A stretch of DNA of 64,000 bases, from positions 1,255-65,254 of the IMG/VR virus record IMGVR_UViG_3300031867_000046; one strand, given 5' to 3'. A model generated the notes under the pieces. The model was not told the DNA's origin. It saw only the letters and a program-made list of their open reading frames with translations, and did not search any database. The DNA comes from a virus. Lineage: Duplodnaviria; Caudoviricetes. The position numbers and the translations under genes were made by a program. This document shows positions 47,895 through 57,368 of this stretch, piece by piece (position 1 is the first letter of the stretch; each line of letters begins with the position of its first letter).

Positions 47895-48932
47895 CTATAG
47901 ATGCATGTGTCCACATTCTGAACAGCTATCGTGCTTCATAACAAGTGCAAATCCAATCAAGCAACCTAACTGATCAAAAAGTTTCCGCTTTTTAGCAGGC
48001 TTCATTTGCGATCCAACTCGTGAAGCTTCATTTAAGATATCTCTGATCGGCTGATTAAGATTTAACGTGCTATCTGTCAATATATTTGATATGAAATTTT
48101 TAACAGCCATCGGAGCTTCATCAGAAGAAGCTAATATATTTACCTCCCTAAATATAAAGTCGTCTAAATCAGTAGTTTCGTAAATGTGTAAAGCTTTATT
48201 CCACATATTAGAGAACGCATCAGGGTTATGCACATTTCCGTAGTTCATTGGAAGTGTGATCATAATATCGTGTTCTGTATCATACATAGATGGGTGAATC
48301 TCTGTAAAGCCACTCATATTTGAAAACTTGCTGCTAAATGTAAGCATTGGCTGCAGTATATTTCCACTCATTTGTTTAAACAAGTTTAGCACAACTTGTT
48401 TATTTTTACGATATACGTCATCAGCTTTTAACAAAATATTAGTATCAGCGTCAGTGATAGTATAGCTTTCCATAAAATTGGCAAAGCATGTAAACATTTC
48501 AGGATTTTTTCCAACGTCAATCTTCCAAGGACTTGGGCCATTTTCATACTTTGTTCCTTCAGGTCCTCTAACCGCATTAACGTTTAGATCAATAACGACA
48601 TTAGGATCTTCAGACGTATGATAAAATACAAAGCAATCAGCAAAGCACTTAAATAGTTTATTTAGTGCTGGCAAGATCAAATCATACACGTCAGCTTCTG
48701 AATCAGATACGGATGATAATAGTTTTACTTTTACGCCTAATGCGTCAACAAGCTTCTTAAGTGTGTTCTTCGCAATTTCGTAAGACTCTTGCTTTGTCTT
48801 TATAACATACATCTCTGTTTCAGAATTTAATGTTAGTGATACAACGTCTTCGCATTTTAAGACAAACGGCTGAGGAATAACCTTCTTAATAAAATCAAAA
48901 TGCTCAACTAAACTAATACTTTCTAATGACAT
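47895..48932 (-). CDS. Hypothetical protein with C-terminal CxxC-H
   Basis: 345-aa ORF, GGAG SD, ends CSECGHMHL. Confidence 0.6.
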   Translation of the reverse strand: MSLESISLVEHFDFIKKVIPQPFVLKCEDVVSLTLNSETEMYVIKTKQESYEIAKNTLKKLVDALGVKVKLLSSVSDSEADVYDLILPALNKLFKCFADCFVFYHTSEDPNVVIDLNVNAVRGPEGTKYENGPSPWKIDVGKNPEMFTCFANFMESYTITDADTNILLKADDVYRKNKQVVLNLFKQMSGNILQPMLTFSSKFSNMSGFTEIHPSMYDTEHDIMITLPMNYGNVHNPDAFSNMWNKALHIYETTDLDDFIFREVNILASSDEAPMAVKNFISNILTDSTLNLNQPIRDILNEASRVGSQMKPAKKRKLFDQLGCLIGFALVMKHDSCSECGHMHL

Positions 48933-48953
48933 AATTACTCCAAAATAATAAAT

Positions 48954-48981
48954 TAGCTATATAGGGATCCCTATATAGCTA
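48954..48981. repeat. 28-bp perfect palindrome (terminator or protein-binding site)
   Basis: tagctatatagggatccctatatagcta. Confidence 0.75.
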
Positions 48982-48987
48982 TATACA

Positions 48988-49500
48988 TTACATTACTACA
49001 AATAGTAACCGTATTTCGTCATCATAGTTATCGCACATACTATACAGAATATCGCCAAGTGCAAGCATACGTTCGGCTTTCCAATAATTCTCAAACCTAA
49101 TGCTCAAATCATCAATAAGTCTTTTGTTTACAGGGAAGGTCATGTACTTTACCCATGGGCAATCTTTTTCAGTATAATATGGATCTTCACAGACATCGCT
49201 TTCGTCTAATCCTAATGCAAGATGCACTGAACTTTGTAAGGCTATATAGTTTTCAGCTACTTCATTATAATGACGCGTAAAATCCTTCAGGCTACAGCAT
49301 TTAATTATTTGCTGTCCGTCAAGAAACTCTTTTACAGAGTCTATTGATACTTCACTTAAATCAATAGAGCCTATCTCATTATCATAAAACTCATCTCGAT
49401 ATTCTTTGAAGAAATCATGCACAGGCCTATTTGTAAGAGGCTTCCATGCATCAGTATTTTTTGATTTTACTTCAGCATAAATGTATATGTTCCACGACAT
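48988..49500 (-). CDS. Hypothetical phage protein
   Basis: N-terminus MSWNIYIYAEVK...W resembles the common MGxDIHxYxE phage family. Confidence 0.55.
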   Translation of the reverse strand: MSWNIYIYAEVKSKNTDAWKPLTNRPVHDFFKEYRDEFYDNEIGSIDLSEVSIDSVKEFLDGQQIIKCCSLKDFTRHYNEVAENYIALQSSVHLALGLDESDVCEDPYYTEKDCPWVKYMTFPVNKRLIDDLSIRFENYWKAERMLALGDILYSMCDNYDDEIRLLFVVM

Positions 49501-49512
49501 GTTTACAGCTCC

Positions 49513-50373
49513 CTACAAATCACAGTTGTTAAAAGCAAAAGTTTCACCAACCGATTCAGCTTCTTTATTTAGAAGCTCTGCGATATGCGTAAGTGTTTGT
49601 TTGTAAAACTTGTTAAAGATTTGATTGCTAACTGTTTTCCCATTTGTAGTGTTGTATAGCATTTTAGACAGCTCTTTCTTACCTAACTGATGCACGATAA
49701 ACAACTTCGCAAGAGTAAACTCACTAAACGGGATTACTGTGTCATTGGCTTTAAACACGAGTCGATTGTTTGGCGTTTTGTCCATTTCAGATAAAATCCA
49801 CTCAATACGAGTATCAGCGTCAGCACTGTTACCGACATCTTCAGAGTCGTCTTTTAACATCAAGTCGCCTACTGTTGTGTCAGTATCATCGTTACACGGC
49901 TTATCTAAAATACAGACTTCATCAGCGACTGATACCTTCCTATGAGTTTGCCACATAGCAGTTCGCATAAGCCAACAATGGACAGCAGGTTCAAGTTTAT
50001 AATTAGCATTAAATCGAAGAATGCCATCATTAAGCAACAGCTTATAGGCACAGATTTGATAGAAGTCGTTGTATGACATAAGCCAACGCAATCGTGCTTC
50101 ACACGGTTTATAATAGATACTTTTTGACTTCCGTTTAAGTATATCGAGGACTTCTTCAGTGGACATCACGAGATATTTAAGGTTAGCTCGCTCAATGTCA
50201 GACATGTTGTCGATGTCAAACTGTTTAGTTTCAAGCATAAGATCAGATAACTTATGCACAAGCTTATTCTTACCTGACGTTAGTAAATCTAACTGTGCCT
50301 TTGTACAGGTTGACATATTGAGATTATACTTTTTCTCAATGTCGCGGATAGATTTAGATTTGCTTTGTACCAT
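49513..50373 (-). CDS. Phage sigma70-family transcription factor
   Basis: Region-2-like SYNDFYQICAYKLL...RFN...AVHCWLMR and region-3.2-like ILDKPCNDDTDTTVGDLM. Confidence 0.6.
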   Translation of the reverse strand: MVQSKSKSIRDIEKKYNLNMSTCTKAQLDLLTSGKNKLVHKLSDLMLETKQFDIDNMSDIERANLKYLVMSTEEVLDILKRKSKSIYYKPCEARLRWLMSYNDFYQICAYKLLLNDGILRFNANYKLEPAVHCWLMRTAMWQTHRKVSVADEVCILDKPCNDDTDTTVGDLMLKDDSEDVGNSADADTRIEWILSEMDKTPNNRLVFKANDTVIPFSEFTLAKLFIVHQLGKKELSKMLYNTTNGKTVSNQIFNKFYKQTLTHIAELLNKEAESVGETFAFNNCDL

Positions 50374-50415
50374 ACTAATGCAAGCCTCCTATGCTTAATG
50401 TTATTATGTGCTATC

Positions 50416-50444
50416 ATAATAACACGGTTACTGTTGCATGTCAA
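50416..50444 (-). promoter_or_regulatory. Sigma70-type promoter P1
   Basis: TTGACA-N17-TATTAT on the minus strand. Confidence 0.8.
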
Positions 50445-50516
50445 CTAAAATTTTAAGATTTTTCTTATCAAACTTCAGCATAAAATCGGTTCCGTTTTGA
50501 TCGATTTTGTGAGCAC

Positions 50517-50545
50517 ATTCTATCAAAGGCTGTGGCATTTGTCAA
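50517..50545 (-). promoter_or_regulatory. Sigma70-type promoter P2
   Basis: TTGACA-N17-TAGAAT with TGn extension. Confidence 0.8.
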
Positions 50546-50626
50546 TAGAAAAACTCTTTGTAATCAAAAATTTTCCTATTCAGTTTTGAAAGAAATCTGA
50601 ACAGTTTTTGTTCAGATTATGAGCGT

Positions 50627-50655
50627 ATAGTATCACAGTCGACTATGCCTGTCAA
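50627..50655 (-). promoter_or_regulatory. Sigma70-type promoter P3
   Basis: TTGACA-N17-TACTAT with TGn extension. Confidence 0.75.
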
Positions 50656-50666
50656 CTAAAAAATTT

Positions 50667-50692
50667 AGCGCACTAAAAATATTTTAGTGCGC
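50667..50692 (-). terminator. Intrinsic terminator-like hairpin after the spanins
   Basis: gcgcactaaaa / ttttagtgcgc. Confidence 0.7.
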
Positions 50693-50697
50693 ATTTT

Positions 50698-51036
50698 TCA
50701 TTTTTCATAATATGAAGAAGAGTCGGACTTATATATACTTTCGTTTGATAAAAGAATCATTCTTATTGAATTAACTTTTGCAGCACAAGTTGCATACATA
50801 GACTGTAATGTTATGTAAGACATTAGTAACTCGCCATTTGTTTTAAGATTTCCAATGGGCATATCTTCGCACTGCGATAGTATATTGTCAGGGATTTCTG
50901 GCTTTACATATTCTATTTTAGTTTCAGTTACTGTCTTCACACAGCCCGCCACTGTTACGCAAAAGCACGTCAATAAGAGCACTAGGCAACTCTTCGTCAT
51001 ACCACGACTTAACAAGTGGGTCATTGATAACCTCAT
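50698..51036 (-). CDS. o-spanin (Rz1-like outer-membrane lipoprotein)
   Basis: Signal peptide with lipobox VAGC, then VKTVTETKIEYVKPEIPDNILSQC; overlaps the 3' end of the i-spanin. Confidence 0.85.
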   Translation of the reverse strand: MRLSMTHLLSRGMTKSCLVLLLTCFCVTVAGCVKTVTETKIEYVKPEIPDNILSQCEDMPIGNLKTNGELLMSYITLQSMYATCAAKVNSIRMILLSNESIYKSDSSSYYEK

Positions 51037-51325
51037 TATAAATTTCTTGTTTTGTGCTTATTTCATTTTCACGGATCTTTTCTATGCTTGATATGTAGTT
51101 ATTAGTTATGTTTATAGTCTCATTTAACGAGTCTATATTTTTCTCAAGCGAATCTATTTGACATCGAAGTGAAGCTATTTCGTTCTTTTGTTCTGCAATC
51201 GTTACAGATAGATCAGTTATCTTTGTGTTAAGATGCTTTATATAGCAAATCACGCCGACAACTGATCCTATAACAAAAAGCAACACTATAGCTACAGCTA
51301 TAATCTTTACTTTTAAACTAATCAT
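50924..51325 (-). CDS. i-spanin (Rz-like)
   Basis: N-terminal TM helix IIAVAIVLLFVIGSVVGVICYI, periplasmic coiled coil, W..E.LP..LIDVL tail. Confidence 0.85.
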   Translation of the reverse strand: MISLKVKIIAVAIVLLFVIGSVVGVICYIKHLNTKITDLSVTIAEQKNEIASLRCQIDSLEKNIDSLNETINITNNYISSIEKIRENEISTKQEIYNEVINDPLVKSWYDEELPSALIDVLLRNSGGLCEDSN

Positions 51326-51501
51326 ACTACATAGTTAACATCATGGAATACTTCTGTGCCATCGTAATCTTTTACGACTTTACATGCACACATGATTTCA
51401 GGAACAGGTAACACACAGTCGCTATTACTAACGTCTAATGAAAGTGTAACGTTGTCATTAGAATCAGTCGCTTCAATTACTTTGCAATTATAATTTTCCA
51501 T
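51322..51501 (-). CDS. 59-aa hypothetical protein (not in ORF track)
   Basis: Own translation MENYNCKVIEATDSNDNVTLSLDVSNSDCVLPVPEIMCACKVVKDYDGTEVFHDVNYVV; GGAGG SD; ATGA overlap with the i-spanin. Confidence 0.6.
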   Translation of the reverse strand: MENYNCKVIEATDSNDNVTLSLDVSNSDCVLPVPEIMCACKVVKDYDGTEVFHDVNYVV

Positions 51502-51502
51502 T

Positions 51503-52111
51503 TTAGTCCTCCTTACCAGACATTAGAAGCTTTTCTCGTTGCTTTAGATTTTTCATACGTTGTTTATATGCTGCTATATCTTCAGAGTTGTCAAATTGAA
51601 AATCAGAATTGCCTAACTCATGTAAATACAGCCAGCTGTATAATAGCGCTTCGCAGCAATCATGGGGAATTTTCTTTTTAATACCCAAATCAGAAATTAT
51701 GCTATAACCTTCTTTTGCAAGATTTGCAAGATACTTTGCAGCTAACTTTTGAGAATCAGACTTATCATATTTATGGCCATGTATTTTAGACCTAAGCGTT
51801 GCTGGATTATATGTGCGTTTTATATGCGACTCAAAAGTATGATAGATTAGTGTGTCTAAACTATATAATGCAGAAGACATCGACGACATTGGCAAAGGGG
51901 ATTCATGTATCAAGTCGTATTCAGTGTATTTTGCAAATATATCCTTTAATTGATTTACAACTGACTGTGCAGCATGCACAACGTTCTCAAATTGCTTTTC
52001 GCCTATTTTACATGACGCTGTGTAAAACTCGATTGTCTTATTTGACAAATCAATAATGCAAATACCTGTTCTTGTAAAAGAAGGATCTAACGATATTAGT
52101 ATATTACTCAT
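51503..52111 (-). CDS. ruvC: RuvC-like Holliday junction resolvase
   Basis: ILISLDPSFTRTG, IHESP, KSDS, HDCCEALL. Confidence 0.8.
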   Translation of the reverse strand: MSNILISLDPSFTRTGICIIDLSNKTIEFYTASCKIGEKQFENVVHAAQSVVNQLKDIFAKYTEYDLIHESPLPMSSMSSALYSLDTLIYHTFESHIKRTYNPATLRSKIHGHKYDKSDSQKLAAKYLANLAKEGYSIISDLGIKKKIPHDCCEALLYSWLYLHELGNSDFQFDNSEDIAAYKQRMKNLKQREKLLMSGKED

Positions 52112-52602
52112 AATCCACTCGACAGCAAAACTACGCCATTTGTATATACATTAGTCCCGTTTAATTTTACACATAAAAGATCTTTTGTGAAATTAAAATC
52201 AATGCCATTAAGATCAGCATCATCAAATGATTTGCCATACAGACTTTGTAAGGTTTCTAATAAGCAGTCAAATATAACAACAAGCCTACTTACTTCATTT
52301 ATTTTCTCATGTTTATTTATATACTCACGAGCTAACAAAGTCTTATCGATTTTGTCTGAAATAAATTTAGTGACATCTTTGTAGTCAACGTTAAGTTTCT
52401 CAACTTCTGATACAGATACACTTGAAAATATGCCTAAGTCGTTTGGTTGTAAATTGTACCCATTAGAAAATAAAAATGTTAGCTTGTCGTTATTATCAGG
52501 AAATGTAACATCACCTAAATAGACAGACTTCCAATCTTTAACTCTGTTGCACACATTAAACAGGGCTATTCTATATGATTTTATAAAAGTTATAAGTTTC
52601 AT
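52108..52602 (-). CDS. Hypothetical protein
   Basis: 164-aa ORF coupled to ruvC. Confidence 0.55.
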   Translation of the reverse strand: MKLITFIKSYRIALFNVCNRVKDWKSVYLGDVTFPDNNDKLTFLFSNGYNLQPNDLGIFSSVSVSEVEKLNVDYKDVTKFISDKIDKTLLAREYINKHEKINEVSRLVVIFDCLLETLQSLYGKSFDDADLNGIDFNFTKDLLCVKLNGTNVYTNGVVLLSSGL

Positions 52603-52610
52603 ACTATTAC

Positions 52611-53969
52611 CTATTTGCTATACACGTCAGACTCATTATTAAAATTATATACACTAAAAAATTCATCAATCATATTAGTTTTTGAAATTGGCTCTAATTT
52701 TTCATTTGGTATATACGGTGAACATTTATCATGCTCGTCTTTTTTAGCTCTATCGTATTGTTGCTTGTATGATAGTCTGCCTTGCATATTAGCCGCAGCA
52801 CTTATTGAAAAATCTGGTTTAAGCATATCGTATGGGCGCATCGGTAAACCTCCGTCTAAATAATGCCAATGTACCCTGCTTCTAAAGACGGGCCATGTAC
52901 ATGAGTTCTCATCAGCTACAGAGCAGTAAAAGTTATACGGCGAAAATCCAAATCGATAAATATCACGATTTGTATTTTTATGCGAAGTATGATTCAGTGC
53001 ATCTTCTACACAAAAGTCCCATATATAATAGCGTGTATAAGCCGTTGGGAACGTTACACCTTTACCGTGGCCATCCTCATACTTTTTAGCTAAACACAAG
53101 CTGTCTAAAACAAGATCAATATTTTTTCCATTATGGATATCTTTTTCAGTAACAACGTAACAGTTGTCAGGGCTATAGCCAAACTTTTTATTTTTACGTA
53201 TCAAATAGTCCTTGTACATTCCTAACTTTGAAGTTAATCCGTATCGCAAACACCACGCACAAAATGTACGGCCATCAAGAAACTCCTTTGACATAGTAAG
53301 ACCTTTACCACCTATAAATGGGTAGTATATATAGTCTTTATCGTAACAGCTTTTTATCAGATGAGCCCATCTATTATATATGTAAGGATACACTTCATCA
53401 AAGCCAACAAACGATATAGGGTGAACTATTTTACCTTCAAGCTCTACGTCTAATAAAATAAAGCCTTGATTAATGTATCCGTTTGAGATAGGCCTTCTTT
53501 TCAAAAACTCAAGATGTCGCATCAAAAGAGCTTTATTTTCAGACACATATTTAAGATCCTTATTGTCGTTCTCAAAAAGAATCTTTACAGCTTTTTCTAT
53601 GCACGTGTATTTTGTTCTATAGTTACCGCGCTTTTTATGATATGTTTTCTTTTTGCGAGCTTTCTTTTTAATAGGCTTTGCGGGTTTTATAGGCTCAGGT
53701 TTTACAACTGGCTTTTTAGGTTTCTTTTTCTTTTTAGGGCCTCGTTTTTGCTCAGGATAAGTTCCTACTGCAAATATATCGTTCTGCAAAACACGCTTTT
53801 TCCTTCGTTTGTATTTTTTACGTGGCTTTTTCTCTACAATAGTCTCTTCTATTTTAGGTTTTGGGCCACGCTTTTTCTTTGGCCCTCTTTTATGACCTTT
53901 CTTTCTTCGCCCTATTTTAAATATATCCCTAGGCTTTTCTTTTACAGGTTCCATAGTATATGCTCGCAA
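52611..53969 (-). CDS. Lys-rich protein with a degenerate HNH-like domain
   Basis: N-terminal KRGPKKK repeats; IYNRWAHLIKSCYD...YPFIGGKGLTMSKEF...GYSPDNCYVVT follows the phage YGGRGI-type HNH family. Confidence 0.6.
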   Translation of the reverse strand: MRAYTMEPVKEKPRDIFKIGRRKKGHKRGPKKKRGPKPKIEETIVEKKPRKKYKRRKKRVLQNDIFAVGTYPEQKRGPKKKKKPKKPVVKPEPIKPAKPIKKKARKKKTYHKKRGNYRTKYTCIEKAVKILFENDNKDLKYVSENKALLMRHLEFLKRRPISNGYINQGFILLDVELEGKIVHPISFVGFDEVYPYIYNRWAHLIKSCYDKDYIYYPFIGGKGLTMSKEFLDGRTFCAWCLRYGLTSKLGMYKDYLIRKNKKFGYSPDNCYVVTEKDIHNGKNIDLVLDSLCLAKKYEDGHGKGVTFPTAYTRYYIWDFCVEDALNHTSHKNTNRDIYRFGFSPYNFYCSVADENSCTWPVFRSRVHWHYLDGGLPMRPYDMLKPDFSISAAANMQGRLSYKQQYDRAKKDEHDKCSPYIPNEKLEPISKTNMIDEFFSVYNFNNESDVYSK

Positions 53970-54024
53970 AGATAGTGGCTATAATGCCACACTATTTAGT
54001 ATACATCAATTTGTATTACAAATA

Positions 54025-54047
54025 AAACCACCTCATAGAGGTGGTTT
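54025..54047 (-). terminator. Intrinsic terminator-like hairpin
   Basis: aaaccacctc / gaggtggttt. Confidence 0.75.
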
Positions 54048-54052
54048 ATCGT

Positions 54053-55240
54053 TTATTTTGAGTGATAGTCTTTAACGTCAGATGTAATAATCTCATCAGC
54101 AAAATCAGTTAGAGTCATATAGATAAAATCATTATTCTTATATTTCCTTAATGGGTAATCACGCGTAATTTTGTAGTCAGACTTTCTATACTCAATGTTG
54201 TATTGTATTTCTTGATTATACTTTAGATTTCTCTTAGGCCCGATCCATAATCTACATACACATGGATTTCTATCATCATAATAGTCAACCATAACACCTT
54301 CTGTGTTAGCATCTACTCCACAGTAGTTGTATATGTATTCAGTAAGATCTTTGATCTTCTTTTTAAACTTCATTCCAGAACTTATACCATCGACACAAGT
54401 CATCACGTCGTCTTCAATACGATCAACGAGCTCGTCTAATGAATTAATCCATGCAGACCATCGTTTTTCCTTACGTTCGTCTGCATAGTATGGATAGCTT
54501 TCTTTAAACTCGTCACCCGAGTTCATTTTTATAATATACCTTAAATAAGGCACCTTATTGTCACGGTCTACAATACTTACTTCAGCAAATCCTTCATCTC
54601 TATCTTGCTTGCAAATAACTTCATGCCATTTTGGAGTAATAAACTTTCTGATTTTATCACATAGCTTATCAACTTCTACACTGAAATCGTATCTGCACCG
54701 ATCAAGATCATACTTTACTTCTTTTTCTTTAGCTTTTAACGCTTTTACGAGTCTGTAATTAGCACGTATAGAAGACATATCACTTATTTCTTCTATTTCG
54801 CCTTGCAACTCATTTGTTTTATCTAATCCAAATCTTGACGCACCTACACCTAAGTTGTCAAGGTCTTCACGTATAAGATCAAGGGCTTGTGCTAAAGTAA
54901 CATGATTACGTTTATCAAATTTACCTTTAAATAAATAATCAGCTAGCCAATCATCTATAGTACTATACTTAAATCGTCTATGACTTTTTGCCATATCATT
55001 AGAGATATCGTCTAATTCGTCATCCAAATTCTTATGCTTGTCATTTTTTAAGATAGCATTTGCTTCGTCGTCTAACTCGTCGTCAAAAGACTTATATCCT
55101 TTTAGCAATTCAGCTGCTGCATTGTCCAACTCACTGTCTAAGTCAGACGCTTCATAGTACTTTTTACGAAGTGCTCTTTTCTCTAAAATTCTTAAACGTT
55201 TATCAAGTCGATTTAATCTTTCTAACGTTTTATAACGCAT
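54053..55240 (-). CDS. Leader-motif protein with acidic LDDELD repeats
   Basis: Start at 55240: MRYKTLERLNRLDKRLRILEKRALRKKYYE; repeats LDSELDNAAAELLK, FDDELDDEANAILK, LDDELDDISNDMAK. Confidence 0.6.
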   Translation of the reverse strand: MRYKTLERLNRLDKRLRILEKRALRKKYYEASDLDSELDNAAAELLKGYKSFDDELDDEANAILKNDKHKNLDDELDDISNDMAKSHRRFKYSTIDDWLADYLFKGKFDKRNHVTLAQALDLIREDLDNLGVGASRFGLDKTNELQGEIEEISDMSSIRANYRLVKALKAKEKEVKYDLDRCRYDFSVEVDKLCDKIRKFITPKWHEVICKQDRDEGFAEVSIVDRDNKVPYLRYIIKMNSGDEFKESYPYYADERKEKRWSAWINSLDELVDRIEDDVMTCVDGISSGMKFKKKIKDLTEYIYNYCGVDANTEGVMVDYYDDRNPCVCRLWIGPKRNLKYNQEIQYNIEYRKSDYKITRDYPLRKYKNNDFIYMTLTDFADEIITSDVKDYHSK

Positions 55241-55310
55241 AGCTATACCTTTATATAAGTTGTATAATTGCAGTAAACTAATATTTAGATATGATTCTAT
55301 ACTTACAAAA

Positions 55311-55336
55311 ATAGGGCCTAAACGTTTAGGCCCTAT
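55311..55336 (-). terminator. Intrinsic terminator-like hairpin
   Basis: atagggcctaaa / tttaggccctat. Confidence 0.75.
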
Positions 55337-55361
55337 CATAATTAGATTATTTCACGTTGTG

Positions 55362-56072
55362 TTAGACTTTATAAATATCAGCAAGTGCGTCAGCAGATAA
55401 CGCTTTCTGTTCAGCGATAGGTGCATTCGGATCGCCGATTTTCGTAGCAAGCTCATCAGCCGTATAAGTACGCCCCATAGCGTCAAGAATCTTATCACCG
55501 TTATTGTTCATATAATCAGTGACGTATGCTGTCATAGCTTCATTAGCCATCCATGAAGCGGGGCCTGCCTGCGTTACCTGACACTTCTGATACTGTGCCG
55601 AAGTACAAGAGAATAGCAAATCCATATTTGAAATAGATCCACCAATCTCTGAAAGCAACGAGATCTGATCGTACATTTCGCCGCCTAGCACAAGAAGCTT
55701 TAACTCAACACGAGGTGAAACAATGCGACCTGCGTTGTCAGTTTCGTACATGACAACAGGATAACAGTATTTTACACTAACTTTATCACAGTATTTGCAA
55801 CAGGCGCCTCCATCGCAAATAATGTATCCTGCATCAGGATGATAGTGTAGTTTTAGCATGATTACGTCTTCTGTTAAAATTGAAACACGGCAGCGACGAC
55901 CTTCTTCAAATTTAACTTTCGGGAAAGCATGCTTTGATAATTTAGCACCCGTCGATGCAACTACAACGGCAGGGCATTTCTCTGCAAGGTTTAGAGATTT
56001 AAGTGAAAAGCGAGGGGCATTATCTGCGCGAGCGATTGTGCCATTTGCCATTACGTCAATTTCATTTGCCAT
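55362..56072 (-). CDS. Single-stranded DNA-binding protein, gp32-like
   Basis: KFEEGRRCRVSIL, LHYH..GYIIC...CCKYC, KYCYPVVMY, MYDQI, DLLFSC; acidic tail. Confidence 0.6.
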   Translation of the reverse strand: MANEIDVMANGTIARADNAPRFSLKSLNLAEKCPAVVVASTGAKLSKHAFPKVKFEEGRRCRVSILTEDVIMLKLHYHPDAGYIICDGGACCKYCDKVSVKYCYPVVMYETDNAGRIVSPRVELKLLVLGGEMYDQISLLSEIGGSISNMDLLFSCTSAQYQKCQVTQAGPASWMANEAMTAYVTDYMNNNGDKILDAMGRTYTADELATKIGDPNAPIAEQKALSADALADIYKV

Positions 56073-56174
56073 AAAAATGTTCCTTTATAAAAGAGTTGTT
56101 TGTGAACGACGTTGGATACGTGATCCGTGTCAGGTTTATAGATATTATATACATGTATATAAATTTGAGTTTAA

Positions 56175-57322
56175 CTAATAAAGCAAATCATCAGAAGATT
56201 TTTTATCAGAATAATTTCTAACACGCACCTTTTCGTCAGTGCCTTTTGCATCTTTATATTTTACATACTTATAAAACTCACATAGCCACATCTCAATCTG
56301 ATTTAATGTGAAATTAAACTTTGTATGCTTATACTTATTAGCATCTTTATCCCATGCAACGTAGTAGAACCCGTCTGTATCAGGGAACTTTTCGTCGTGC
56401 ATTTTATTTAATGAGTCTTCAGCTATATCACGCAAATACTTTATAGCGTCAATGACATCTTTATTAGTTTTTACATTTTTGAAGATGTATTTACTGCCTG
56501 CTGACGAACCAGGTCCAGAGTTTGTAGCTGAATTAGCGTCGTAGCTCATCAAGTCAAGTCCTGCATACTCTTTTATGTAGCACATGTCTTGGAAAACTCA
56601 TGAGCCATAAATCGTCCGCAGCCATCGAGAGTGTCACTCATCCAATCAATGAAATCGTCAGCCGTTTTATCACTATCGTGAGATTGCTTCATCCAATCGT
56701 AAATTTCTTTTATATGACCGTGCAATCTCTTAAGCGAGTACTTTGCAAAATACTCACCCATATCTGCAAATTTAATTTTCTTACCAGATTCATCAACAAC
56801 TTCATGCTGCGAAAATTGACAGAACGCTCCATGTGCGATCGGAATATCTTTGCTAATAATGTTTTTCTTTAAATAAGAATAGAACTTTGCAGGGCTGTAG
56901 TCATTGTAATCAGCAATAGCGTCAACAGTCTCAAATACGTTAGGATTGTTTATTAGTCTAAAGAATAGCATTTTCCAAATTAGATTTATATAGTTATCAT
57001 CATCTGACTTGTACTTATGCCAGCAATCCTTGTTTAGAATTATGTTCTTGATAAGATACTGTGAAACCCTGTCTAATTCTCTATATACATTTGTGAAACG
57101 ATATTTTGAATAGAACTTATCTTTTGTCCATTCTTCTTGTGGGAGGTGTTCGATAAACCTTCTATACCAAATGTTTTGTCGTTCGTACATCGTATAGAAA
57201 AATAGCTCAAGTCTTTTCTTATATGGTTTGAACCGATTATCTTCTAATTTCTTAACCTTTGACTCTAATACAGAAAGTCTATCGCATATATTTCTAATAA
57301 AAGCTTCATTCATTTGCTGCAC
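56175..57322 (-). pseudogene. aGPT-Pplase1 / 5-hmdU DNA kinase helical-domain family gene split by a 1-nt frameshift
   Basis: ERQNIW...EWTKDKFYSKYRFTNVYRELDRVS in 56573-57322; GPGS...QIEMWLCEFYKY in 56175-56585; one extra T in GAGTTTTCC restores ...MAHEFFQDMCYIKEY. Confidence 0.8.
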
Positions 57323-57368
57323 CTATACAGATAAGTGATTATACACAGCAAATTAGATATTAAAGAAA

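Noticed and set aside
37562-51501. Holin near the endolysin or spanins
   Set aside because: No small multi-TM ORF found beside either gene; the 59-aa ORF at 51322 has no TM helix.
56573-56600. Programmed -1 ribosomal frameshift in the aGPT-family gene
   Set aside because: G TTT TCC is not an X XXY YYZ slippery heptamer and no stimulatory structure is evident; an indel is the more likely explanation.
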